DNA from: Orbicella franksi | Lineage: Eukaryota | DNA: 64,000 bases | NCBI GenBank assembly: GCA_964199315.1 | Contig: OZ116706.1 | Span: 13,516,001 to 13,580,000, forward strand | Direction of reading: 5' to 3' | Shown here: in pieces, positions 1-11,203 of the stretch | Layout of the letters: each line of letters starts with the position of its first letter | Position numbering within the stretch: position 1 is the stretch's first letter | The notes under the pieces: generated by a model | Told to the model about the DNA's origin: nothing | Databases searched by the model: none | What the model saw: the letters and a program-made list of their open reading frames with translations, nothing else | Position numbers and translations under genes: made by a program

Positions 1-1340
1 CTGAAGATTATCCGTGGTCTTGATTTCCTCTCTGTTTACATGGATGTTACCATTGCTCTGACTAAAGCCAATGTTCATGGCTTGGTACTTCTTGATATTC
101 CCGGCTAAGAGATTTGAGCCGTATCAATTTGTAGCAAAATTAGCACTTTCCTTGAGTTGCGATGTAACGGCTCTCTGGTCGTCCCCGATATGATAAATTT
201 GGTGATCATCTGCGTACATCGACAATTTCGCATTGAGGCCATAGGGTAGATCATTTTGAAAAATGTTCCATAGCAGCGGGCCAAGGGCGGAGCCTTGTGG
301 ACAGCCGCGGTTTACCAGTCGACTCGAACTGACGTGCCGACTGATCTTAACTCGATATTTCCAGTCTGTGAGGTAGCTATTTAGCAGTTGTACGGTATTC
401 TCTCGAAAACCGTATGCCCGAAACTTGCTCAATAGTAGCGGTGGGTGGAGAGAATCAAACGCCTTAGACATGTCTGTTGATAATATACTGACTACTTTTC
501 CTTGATCCCTAGCAAGTCTCCAGTTTTCTACTAAATTGATCAGTGTTGTTTCGCAACTATGCGCTTTACGATAGGCGGAAGAATGCAGATATATACGATC
601 ATGGAAGCAGAAGTTCACTTGCACCCCTACTAGTTTCTCTAGGACTTTACTTGCGGATGGTAACAGTGTGATTGGCCTGTAATTTTCTCTCACCATTTTG
701 TCATCCTTTTTATGTATTGGAACCCAATCTCCACTCTTCCACTCAGTAGGCCATACACTTTTGTTTATACAGGAGTTGAACAGAGTAGTCAAAGAACTTG
801 ATAACTCCTCAGCGCCAGATTTTAAGACCTTTGTTGGGATACCATCGTTACCAGTGGCTTTGTTCACGTCAAGTGATTCGAGGACCCGAAGGACTTCTTT
901 CTGCGTGACTGGTTTGATTTCTAGAGCTCCTTCAGAACTCCTGTGTTCTTGTTGTATCCTTTGAACAGAAGAGTGCTTCGTAAAGTCGTCAATAGATCTT
1001 AGATCAGCCGCTTGGCCTCCAATACCGTCTGCAACGGTAGCGAAATACTCCACCAGTTCCTCAGCCACTTGTTGTTGATCAGTGATCGTGGTACCGTTAA
1101 CGTTCAAGTGGATATCGTTTTTTTCTGCACAGCCCTTGGAGCCTAAGAAAGGCTTAAAAGTATTGAAAAACGCCTTGGGATTGTTCTTAAGATCCTCTGA
1201 CTTTTTACCCCAGAAAGATTTAATTGCTATTCTTCTTTGTTTAGTTGCCTCGTCCCTTGCAATGCGCCGTAATTCCCAATTTTCAGCGGTTTTATTTTTC
1301 AGGTATTTGTTATTGGCTTTACGTTTAGCCCTGATTGCGT
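1..1340 (-). pseudogene. Non-LTR retrotransposon (CR1/L2 group) reverse transcriptase fragment, 5'-truncated, runs off the window start
   Basis: ORF 124-1107 has LINE RT motifs: WKSGDWVPIHKK, NYRPITLL, TDMSKAFD, GCPQGSALGP, YADD. The same frame continues upstream to about 1340 and downstream past a TGA. Confidence 0.92.
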
Positions 1341-1344
1341 TTTT

Positions 1345-1941
1345 CCAAAAAGTTTTTCAAAAAGTTGGCAAACTCGTACCTTCACACTTCAAACTCGCAT
1401 CAAATCACAACACACGGTAATTTACAACATGGCCCACTTAGTGCAGTGGCACTCACGTAGAACAGTGAAACAGAAGAGAAGAAAAGACACAGAAAGCAGT
1501 GGAGAAAAAGAAAGGTTTGGACGAAACCCAGCTTGTCCGCTAGCTCCTCCATTTTTTTTTGTTTGTTTTTAGGTATCTTTGTAGACTACAGATGAAACGC
1601 CCCACACAGCCCGACAATTGTGAACGTCTTCAATAAATTCAAAAGTGGCCTCATGTTTATCTTGAATTGCGTCCGCCGTTTTGTGAAGTGTCACGTAGAT
1701 AAATCACGTGAATAGAGCCCGTGTTTTGATTGGTCAACAGTCAACAACACGTTTACCAATCGTTCACATGTCACAAACAAGTCTACTAACACGAAAAAGG
1801 TGGTAAAAAAGTTGGCGAGAATAAAGACAAGTTCTATTTGTCGCCAACGGTTTGCCAACATATTTACCGACTGTTTTTGTGCCGTTCACACACACCAACT
1901 TGAGTTTGCCAACTTTAGTTTGCCATGTGAAGGCCGCTTTA
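1345..1941. repeat. Non-autonomous MITE-like repeat (AAAGCGGCCTTCACA...GCAAACT terminus), probably interrupted by the LINE
   Basis: Minus-strand terminus TAAAGCGGCCTTCACATGGCAAACTAAAGTTGGCAAACTCAAGTTGG with repeated GCAAACT/AGTTGG motifs; non-coding. Only one end is visible. Confidence 0.45.
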
Positions 1942-2264
1942 CACAAGCAAGGGTATCCTGATTGTCCCAATGGAATTCATTGAGCAGTTTTGTCTTCGAA
2001 TAATGGATAACAGTGCACTTGTTTTTCGTAAAGTTCATGGTGCCTGAACTTCTTTCTGGAATCATTTTCCGTGGTCTCAATCCTTAGATGAATGTTGTAT
2101 ACTGAAATAAGTGTATATGTTGTAGGTCAAAATAAAGATCAGTGTTAGAATGATTTTACCCAAGTTTGTGTTTATTTCCCTTTGTTTTTTATTTTATGAC
2201 AATGAAATATGGAGAAAAGGGAATGTAAAAACAAACCTAGTTGAAATCATTTTTGTATGACCTA

Positions 2265-2538
2265 CAGTTGGCAACAAAATTATTGACACATTCACACTTT
2301 TAATCCCCTATTTCGTCACTGTGATCCCTTTTTGCCCTCCTAGCTTCTCCTTTCAACCCCCTCACCCCCAAACAACGTTGTGTGGCAACTGCTGTGAACT
2401 TGAGCCACAAACAAGCAACATTGAAAGGGGGAGCAGGGTCTTTTTCACAGTTTATTGTATGGTAAAAAGAGTCATGTTATTTGGCGCACTAAAAGTACTA
2501 TTGAAAGACAATGTCTGAACTAATTATGTCGCCGATTG
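2265..2538. mobile_element. MITE with imperfect TIRs and TA target duplication (Tc1/mariner-type)
   Basis: TA|CAGTTGGCAACAAAATTATTGACACA at the left; the reverse complement of the right end reads TA|CAATCGGCGACATAATTAGTTCAGACA. Confidence 0.6.
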
Positions 2539-2658
2539 TAGCTTCACTTCAATCTGTAAGATATCTATTCTCTGGGAGGGATCTCAGGTTCAAAGGCTTG
2601 TAGAGGTGTAATAGAAACTTGTTCATTATGGAAAACAAGGTTGGGAAGTAGTAATTAA

Positions 2659-3284
2659 CCCATTGACTCCCGCACTGCCCATAACTGCCCGTGACGAGCC
2701 TTGGCATTTGTTCCACTTCTGACGTCATCACCTTTGACCAAAGTTGGCATCATCTATACTAAACTTCCGCAGGAAGAAAAGATGTTTCCAATGATACCCA
2801 GATCAGAGTGATTGGCTCAATGGAGCCTGAAATATGCATGAAAATCCTCAGAAATTGGAGTGAAAAACTCGGAGCAAAATTTCCTGTCACTACACGTTTC
2901 TACTCCAGGGTAAAAATTGCCCGTCTTAATGATGCTTTCTCAGACTTTTTTGAACTGGAAGCAAGCCCAGTAGAAGGTCAATCACTGCAGCAAAAAGATA
3001 ACAAAAGGAGAAAAAGGAGAGGCGAGAAAAAAATTTTAAAAAAAACCGAAAAGCCTAAAGACGTAGGTCACTTTCTCGTCCAAAAACTATCTGGAAATTT
3101 TGATTTCTGTGCATGCCCGAGCAAACATGTCATAAAACGCAATGCTAGTGGAAAGAAAAGCATGCTGTCATGTTCCAAATGCATTTTTGAGTAGATTGGA
3201 GCTAATTTGGCCCATATCTAGCCTGAAAATCTCCAAAATGTCCAAAAAATGCGTTTTTGGCAAAAAGCTCTGGGAGTCAATGGG
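2659..3284. mobile_element. piggyBac-type non-autonomous element
   Basis: Perfect 13-bp TIR CCCATTGACTCCC / GGGAGTCAATGGG, flanked by TTAA on both sides (2655-2658, 3285-3288). Confidence 0.88.
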
Positions 3285-3769
3285 TTAAGTAACTCTATGA
3301 AAGTTTATGATTGTTTATAATATGATCACCATCGTCATTAATTTTATCCCTAATCCTATTACTATATCCTTATTTAGTGAGGCATGAAAACAAGAAAAAT
3401 ACTGAAGATCATTGGAAGCAGTTTTTCCTTTTTCTCCACAAATCCAAATTGCAACAGAAGGTCCAGCTACAGATTTTCCCACTTAGCACTTTTTCAATGT
3501 TTTTTTTTTTGTTTCAATTCCAAACGTTTCAGTGGAAAATGTTTGGGCGTTGGACTCTGACAGGCCATTCTCTGAACAATCCAGAAAGACACAGTGAAGA
3601 AGCAATCGTCAAATGTTAGCACAGCTTTAACAAAACAGTGGTGAAATCCGGATGACATAGTCACTTTAACAACCAGTCTGGTTTACACTACGTATGTTTT
3701 ATGAATGATATTGAAATCATAAGAATTTAAACTAAGTAATAGCAGTGTGAATACCGTGTACAATGATAT

Positions 3770-6110
3770 TTATCTTGCCAAGGGCTTACGCAAGTTACAA
3801 AGTCCTCCACAAACAATCAACATCTTATTAGCCAGTTTTGTCAAGGTAGGAGGCAGATTTCCCTGGAAGACCTTGAAGTCTTCTAATCTCTCTATGGCCC
3901 TCTCAACATGAATACGTACTCTTGCAATCTGGCTCGTGGACTTTGTTGTTCACATGAAAGTTGTTTTCCTGAAAAATTTAAAGTATATTGTCCAGGAATT
4001 TAACATTTACCTTTATTTTATTTATTTATCTATTGTCACTAGACACAGGTAGCTTTTCTGTGTGTTAAACAGTATTGATCATTCCGCTGCCAGGGCCACA
4101 CTGTTATGCAATTGAGTTCATTAATTTTGTTTATTTGAGTGAAATCCTAGAGAATACGTATTTGTTCATAAACTGTGAATTTCTTTGTGCACTCACATAA
4201 GTAAAAGGGATGCAAAAGAAAATCTTAATTTATTTATTGATTGATTGCAAAAGGAAATCTTACCTTTTTTGAAAAAGGGAGGTATGTTAAGATAGACCTT
4301 CTTCTTTGTTAACATGTGCTGCATATTGAAACCTCTGTCAGCCATTACAGAGTCCCCTTCCTAGAGCAGATCACTAACTGACTTTCTTGAGCAATTTCGC
4401 TATCACTGGTGCTCCCAGTCTAAAATTTAGGTAGAAAACTGACGTATCCAGAGGGGGTATTCCAACTAAGGCTTTGATAGTGTTATGTTCTTTAAACTCA
4501 CTCCAAGTTGCTCTCTCAGCATATGGTGAGGTTGGCTTCTCTATGAACACCTCAGTGCAGTCAATAATTATCCGTGTTTAGATACTTCTTGAAGGAGTGA
4601 GGAAGATTTTTCTTAACCGCTTCTTTACTAGGCCAAACTACTAGGGTATCCTTGAACAGAGTTGCAAGGAAGCAAACCATGCAAGTGGTAGAAAAATGCC
4701 TGACTTGAGCCTTGGAGACAGAATATATATCACCAAGTTGTCTCCCCATCAGACCAAGCCTCAGCCTTACAAGACATACCAGAAGTTCCTCAAGGACACT
4801 AACACTTCTTTTTGGCCCAGGTTTAGTGTCATGGAATGCTTAATTACATCCCATAGGAACAGCCTGTTTAGAATCATATTTATTCCGTAACACTCGATTG
4901 TGTGATTTGTATTCTTTCATTACGTAACCAGTTCTGTTCAATACTTTTGTAATTAGTCCTTAACCAATAGTTTTCTTTTCCTTTCCTTGATTGTAACACC
5001 TTGCGTTTGCATATTTAGGGTTTTTTGGGGTGATACGTGTCGAGAGGTTTTTCTGTGTGTAGAAGAAGATTAAGTGTATTGAAGTATTTAGATTGTTTAT
5101 TATATTCTTGTAAATAAATTAAGGTTAATTATTTAGCTTATTCTATTATTGTTAGTTACCCTATTCAAAGTATAATGTTATTTTAGTGTAATTGTTATAA
5201 TAAATGCTTGTAGACTTAGGTAGTTGTTGCATGTTTTCTCGGGTTCGTTTATGCTTAGTTTTTTTTTGTTAGAGAGAGCCCACCTTTGTGGCGCGGTTTC
5301 GTCACATTTAGTAACAGGTGAAGTTTAGTATTTCAATTTTTCATCTGTGTTTTTATCCCAATATTTAAGCTTATCAGCCTCTGGTGTAGTCAAATTCACC
5401 AACATATTAAGGCACCCTAATGTTCATATCCCAGTATAAAACTTGACAGAATCATTATTTTTCATGACATCCTCCAAGAAGAGCTCTTTGTTCAATCTTG
5501 ATTTGTCTGATTTGAACCTTTTTAGCTGCTCTTCAAGCTCTTCAATGCGACACATGGTAATGTCAGTTTGACAGCTGACTGAATTTCCTTTTTTTAGGTT
5601 TAGTATCCTTAAGATCTCTATCAGATCTTGATCAGTTTTATCATTTTCTGCAACTAAACGGTATGAATGATCATGCTGAATGTCCTGGACATTGGCACCA
5701 CTCCAAGCTACAACTAATTCAACCTCTTTCACAGGAGAATACTCTTTATTGATGTCCACACGAAGGCTCGGCTCAGATGTTTTCACATCATCATTCAGCC
5801 GGGGTTTCTTTCTCACTGATATGTAGCGAACATCTCTTGGACTTCTTTCCTTGACTGGTTTGAAAATTGTTGGTAGAGCTGACTTGAGAATTTTACACCT
5901 TCCATTCAATGTCCTTTTGTATGATTCCAGTACAAAATATGCACTACAAATCCTCAAGTTGTTTGGCTTCCCCGCCTTCACTTTAATAGCTTCAATTGCA
6001 ACCTTCCTGTCTGCTCTGCGGCAGAATTTTAACCATTTTAAGCCTCACGTTGGACGAAAAAACTCCCGAGCCCAGTGTCTACTCCTTACTTTCAACACTC
6101 CAAGAACCCT
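3770..6110 (-). pseudogene. THAP + HTH + DDE_Tnp_4 transposase (ISL2EU/PHIS group), degenerate, with an intron and a solo LTR insertion
   Basis: THAP motifs LRICSAYF and LKSALPTIF (5424-5981); HTH LEELLVCLVRLRLGL; catalytic IIDCTEVF, MADRGF and RIHVERAI. GT-AG intron about 3974-4262. Several stops and frameshifts. Confidence 0.88.
4827..5306. mobile_element. Solo LTR, 480 bp
   Basis: TGTCAT...GTCACA ends with 5-bp TSD TTTAG (4822-4826, 5307-5311). Removing it restores the transposase frame (PVTKPGPK). Confidence 0.88.
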
Positions 6111-6283
6111 GAGGTGAGACTAATAATAAACTGATTAGCTAAGTGATTAACTACATTATTTCCTTTTATGTTAATGTAATTGTGCTGCCTTTCGCACCGA
6201 TTTTAAGCTGTTTGAAGCTGTTCATAAATGCACTCAGTCCTTAGCCTTTTTCGAATTGTTTTGCAATGTTTTTACTTTTCAAA

Positions 6284-6454
6284 ATGAGTTCTTTCACAGA
6301 GATTCAATCCGTCGCTGATTTAGAGTCAAAACCGGCAGACATTAAGATTACTTGGGATGAGATAGCCCCGCGAAATATCCAAGACTGGCTAGATATTTTC
6401 AACAAGAGCCATGGCACAATGCGCGATTTGCTGCTTACTGGAACGTTGCCGTAA
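6284..6454 (+). pseudogene. Short ORF remnant divergent from the THAP transposase, possibly a DUF3987-like N-terminus
   Basis: ITWDEIAPRNIQDWLDIFNKSHGTMRDLLLTGTLP reads as real protein sequence. The family call is from memory only. Confidence 0.3.
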
Positions 6455-7243
6455 CTTTTTGATTGTTGGAAAGAAAATGGTACTTTGTTTTTTGGTGGCC
6501 TTGCCAAATCCATCCTTGGAGACCCAGGAACAGTTAGCGGGGGTGGGGAAAAGGCTAAACAGGTGAGAAAAAAATTAGGGTGAAGAAAAGTGAAGAAGGA
6601 GAGGAAGCGCCACTGGGGCCAAGGTTTTACCAGACGAGTTCCAAACAGTCAGAGTAGTTCTGGCTTCTGATTAGTGCCAGAAAGCCTTTGTTTTTTTCTG
6701 CCCAATCACAGAGCAGCAAGACTAGGAGTTGTTTCGTATTTTCTTACACGAAGACATATCAGGCCAGTTGCTCGCCATATTTGTCTGCATTGTTCGCCGA
6801 GGGTTTACTCTAGGAGAAAAGTTCCAATCACAGCAGAAAATGTGGGGGAGATCGTTAGGCATGTCCCAAAGAAACTCGCCAGAGATATGCTGGACCTTTC
6901 GCAGGTATCGTAACATTGACGTATTTAAAAGATTGTGAAATTTTGTAGACTCACTGATGTTGATAATTTTTTTCGCATTTCGGAATTTCACTTTCTTAGA
7001 CGAAATGGGACTTTTTTTCCCTATAAAAAATTTCTTACATCACTTGCTGTGACTGAAACTTTTCCAATCTTGAGTAATCTTTCGTTGCACAGGCCAGGCA
7101 GGTATTGTCAAGCATCAAATCAGCAGCTTCACGTACGCTTGCAGCACGACTTTCTTTGCGTGTCAAAATACAAACTCATGGAACGCTATATCACACTTTG
7201 CACTCTTTTGAGTTCACAATGAGTAATAGTAAAGAGAAAGAGA

Positions 7244-7370
7244 AATCTTGATGGCAAGTTTCTGAAAAAATTTGAAAAAGTGTATAATCAAAATATTCGG
7301 GCAGATGATGGCCTTCCTCGTGCAGTGTGCGACACTTGCCACTACAGAGTTAAAACAATGTTGAAGAAGG
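7244..7370 (+). pseudogene. zf-AD-like zinc-finger remnant
   Basis: NLDGKFLKKFEKVYNQNIRADDGLPRAVCDTCHYRV matches the D.LP..VC..C half of zf-AD. Confidence 0.4.
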
Positions 7371-7959
7371 CTTCAGTTGTCATTTCGGGCCAACATCTTT
7401 TGAAGAGGAGACATCCTCTTTCCCCTAAAATCTAGTCAAGTCGATGAGCAAACAGCTTTCCAAATAAACAAGAAGGCTTTCGCATCCCTTTTGAAAATGT
7501 GCCAATTAGGCCAAGGCCACTAGCATTGGTGATGTCAAGCAAAAAGGCAAACATTTGGAATGAGAAAGGCACCCAAACAAGAAATTCTGGTTGTCACTGC
7601 TTTCCAGTTTCTTCAAAGGGAACATGTGTCAAGATATGCACAGTTGCCGAGTGTACAACTAAGCAAGATACATGTCCATGTAGAAACCATCCTTAGACAC
7701 TTTGGGAACTTGTTGTTATTTAGATGTGCACCCATACTTACATTTTCAATGTGAGTCATCTCATTCTCTATTAAATAAGAATGTTTTTTTTAATAGTGGC
7801 CAATTGCCCACATCTTGTTTCTTTATAGTTGAAAGACATGCTTCAAAATCTCCTTGAATATCTTTGAAGACCGCTTCAAGATTTAAAGAACAAAATTGCA
7901 AGATCAAAAGTGGACTCATGCACTGTGTTTCAGTGGGAACCCTCTCACACCCAAAGTTC

Positions 7960-8932
7960 TGGTGGATGCACAAATGAAGAGTTAGAGTGGAAAATAAGAG
8001 ATATTCTAAAGTTGACTCCTTTTTCAGGAGAGTGTTATATACGGGGAGCTTTGCATGGTCGTGGCATTTTCATTCAAAGATGGAAGATTATGGAAGTTTT
8101 GCCGGCTATAAGAAGAAGATCATCCATTGAGTGTCAGCTTTACAACGTCAAAAAACCCAACCACTTGTGGCACCTGGATTCCAACCACAAGACCATTCAC
8201 TGGAGATTTGTTTTCCATGGCTGTATTGATGGATTCAGTAGAGCTATTGTGTATTTGAAATGTTTTACCAATAATCTTGCAAATACAGTTTTGCAATGCT
8301 TTACTCTTGGTACACAAAAATTTGGGCTTCCTTTTCTTCTTAGAGGTGACAGAGGTGTAGAAAATGTGGACGCTGCTCTCTTTATGATTCAGAGGGCTTA
8401 ACAGAGGAAGTTTTATTGCTGGACATGGTGTTCATAACCAGAGAATTGAACATCCATGAGCAGAAAGAAACAGAGTGGTATCTGCCTTTTATGGAGACTT
8501 CTTTGTTTTTATGGAAGAGGATGGCATTCTTGATTTGCACAACGAACAGCATACAATTATTTGCTCTTCATGATGTTTATCTGCCAGCCATACGGGTTTC
8601 TTCAGATGAATTTATCTTGCAATGGAACCACCATGGTTTGCAAACAATCAATAGGTGTTCTCTGCTGGCACTCTGGCATTTAGAAATTGTTCACACTGGT
8701 GTTGATAATTTTGATGTAGGTGATGAGTCCTTGTTTGGCATTGACCCTGATGGTCCAGTTGGTGAAAACAGATAACTATGTTGTTGTACCAGAAAGTACC
8801 ATTCCGTTAACAGAATACCAGCTAAATGAGATCCGCCAACTTATCCCAGATCCTCTTGTTGATTATGGTAATTACAAAATATGGCATTACCTTACCATAT
8901 GCAATTATCTGAGAGAACATTCTCCACCCTAA
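7960..8932 (+). pseudogene. Integrase-core (IS3/IS481-related, IS3EU-like) DNA transposase, frameshifted
   Basis: [43 protein letters not shown] and FGIDPDGP motifs spread over three frames (7910-8401, 8416-8775, 8720-8932). Confidence 0.8.
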
Positions 8933-10418
8933 TGAGTCTTGTTAGAACTAACAGATGGCCTCTTAAAGAGTGTTATGTAGAGGTGAGATGTAAGGGACCC
9001 AAAACTTCCTTGAATGATAATTGTGATACATGTGTCCAATACTCTAAATTCTAACTTGAACTCAAGTTCTAACTAAGACTTAAACACAAAACTCAAAATG
9101 TAACACCCCATGTAAGATTATAAAAGCTTTTTGCGGTAGAAACCGGTCTCAGGTTACTGGAAATTTCTGTGGGAGGTGGGGCAGGGGGTCTTGCAGGCCA
9201 AAGATGATGCTATGATGGAACGTCAAGAGAAGTTAGAGTTCAAATAAAAATACTTCCTCTTTAGGGAGGTATGAATATTTTGTAAAAAAAACAATGTCCT
9301 CGTGTGCTCTACTGCGGTTTCTATGACAAAAAGATATAACACATTCTTCATTGTTCCTAGGACATGTCATTTTGCAACCTTGTTCCTAGAGTTTCTCTTC
9401 TTCCCATCCCCTTGGGAGTCAGACAAAATTTTAAGTACAATTTTGTACCTTAAGTATTTTGCTGATTTATTGTGTTTCCAAAGTTTTCTGTTAGAGTGCA
9501 CAGATAGTAATGGCAAACATATTCCGTTGGTATGAAGCAATGAACTGAGACGATTCCCAAGATCAAACGAAAATACTCAAGGACTGAGAATTCTGGCTCT
9601 TCTTCCCTTGTGGTAGGCATTCATGAACTCACAAATCCATCAGTTGAGAGAGGTCAGTCAAGGTTTTGTTGTCCTGTTCTTCCATTACCATGTTTTACTT
9701 CATCAAAATAATGGTGTATGTGTTCCAAACACGTACATGCATCTGTCAATTAAGACTGACAAAAGCTAACAGGAATAAAGCATCTTATCGGTCAAGTTTA
9801 AATCACAGAGTTGTGTAGTAGTCTTACGCCAAGACCTTATTAAAAGAGTTTATTTTCCCATTTCATCTCTAAACTCAAAACATCAACTCTCCTTGCTTTC
9901 TGCATGCTCCTATTTTCTGTTCAAGAGCTGAGACATTCTTATGCTATACTGGCAAGACTATAGTGTAGAAGTGAGCAAATGAATGCCTTTAGGTGACAAC
10001 CAAATTCCAACACCTTAAACTGAACAATTTTGTTTAATAGTAACAAATATATAATACTACTGAAATTCACTAAGAGGTGGACCATTATGTCTCTGGGTAC
10101 AATTTTTCCGAGCAGGATTTCTTCCCACTTCAGGTTGTGCAAGATTTTTTTGCACATGTTTAATGTAAGTATGTTTTGCAGGAATATTTTGTGGCTATTG
10201 CCCACCCCATCTCACACAGAAATAAAATGTTCCATCCCTAAACTTTTTGATTCTTAAAATTTTAATACTGTTAATAAAATCTGATGCTCTGATTGAACGA
10301 TCAAGATAATACAGTGGATTAGAAGGGTCATCAAAAGTATTTCGTCATTTTTTGTTGCCACACTTACTAACTGGCCATCGACACTGATAACTGTCGGAAA
10401 GGTTAACTGTCTATCACT

Positions 10419-10544
10419 ACTTACAACTGTCGATCGACACTTATAACTGTCGATCTGCATTTATAACTGTCAATCGCCACTTATAACTGTCGATTGACAC
10501 TTATAACTGTCGATCGACACTTACACATGTAACTGTTGATTGAC
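10419..10544. repeat. 20-bp minisatellite (ACTTATAACTGTCGATCGAC), 5 full copies plus degenerate copies
   Basis: Contiguous units start at 10419, 10439, 10459, 10479 and 10499, with a degenerate unit at 10519. There are no unique spacers. Confidence 0.9.
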
Positions 10545-11203
10545 ATCAGGCCCTGCGCAACAAACATGTGGTTTTCAAGATGGCCGACATGAATGAGGTA
10601 GGATTTTAATTAGGATTGAAATTAATTTTTAAAGGCCTAAAATCTGTGTTTCAATGTCACATTTGTATTGCCATTTGTTTAATGTACATAGAAGCTATTC
10701 AATATGTAGTTTCAAAGAATGGAAGAACTTTCCACAATGAACAGAGCACGGACTATTCTGTGTTGTTCATGGGCAGGGACAGAAGTTGCACTGGATCAAC
10801 TCGAATCACTGATTTAAATAAGAATGGCATCAATTGAGTTGATCCAGTCTGTACCTGCCTGTTTTTGACCATGTTCCATGCTTATTCCTCATAGGTAACT
10901 TATTATGAACAAGTATGTTTTTGGTAAAGATCAGAGTAGTTAGACATCAATTGGCAGCATTCATGTTTCTGCATTTTCTTCTCTTTCAGGTTTGTAAATT
11001 CCCCACTAAACAGAGAGTTCACAATGAAGTAATCAGTGAAGTACACGAGGAAAAGGTTATTGTAATAGTTTTTTACAAATGGCTATTTAAAGAATCTGAC
11101 CCACCCAGTATGCATTGCACACTCACATAGTCAATCCACCATTATTGGGGCACCCGAAAGAAGGCAGAGTTACCATCTGAGAATTTCCATCCGTTTGCAT
11201 TGA

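Noticed and set aside
9500-10260. HECT-like partner gene for the IS3EU-like transposase
   Set aside because: No frame gave a convincing HECT motif; many stops.
10419-10544. CRISPR-like array
   Set aside because: Units are contiguous with no unique spacers, there are no cas genes, and the context is eukaryotic.
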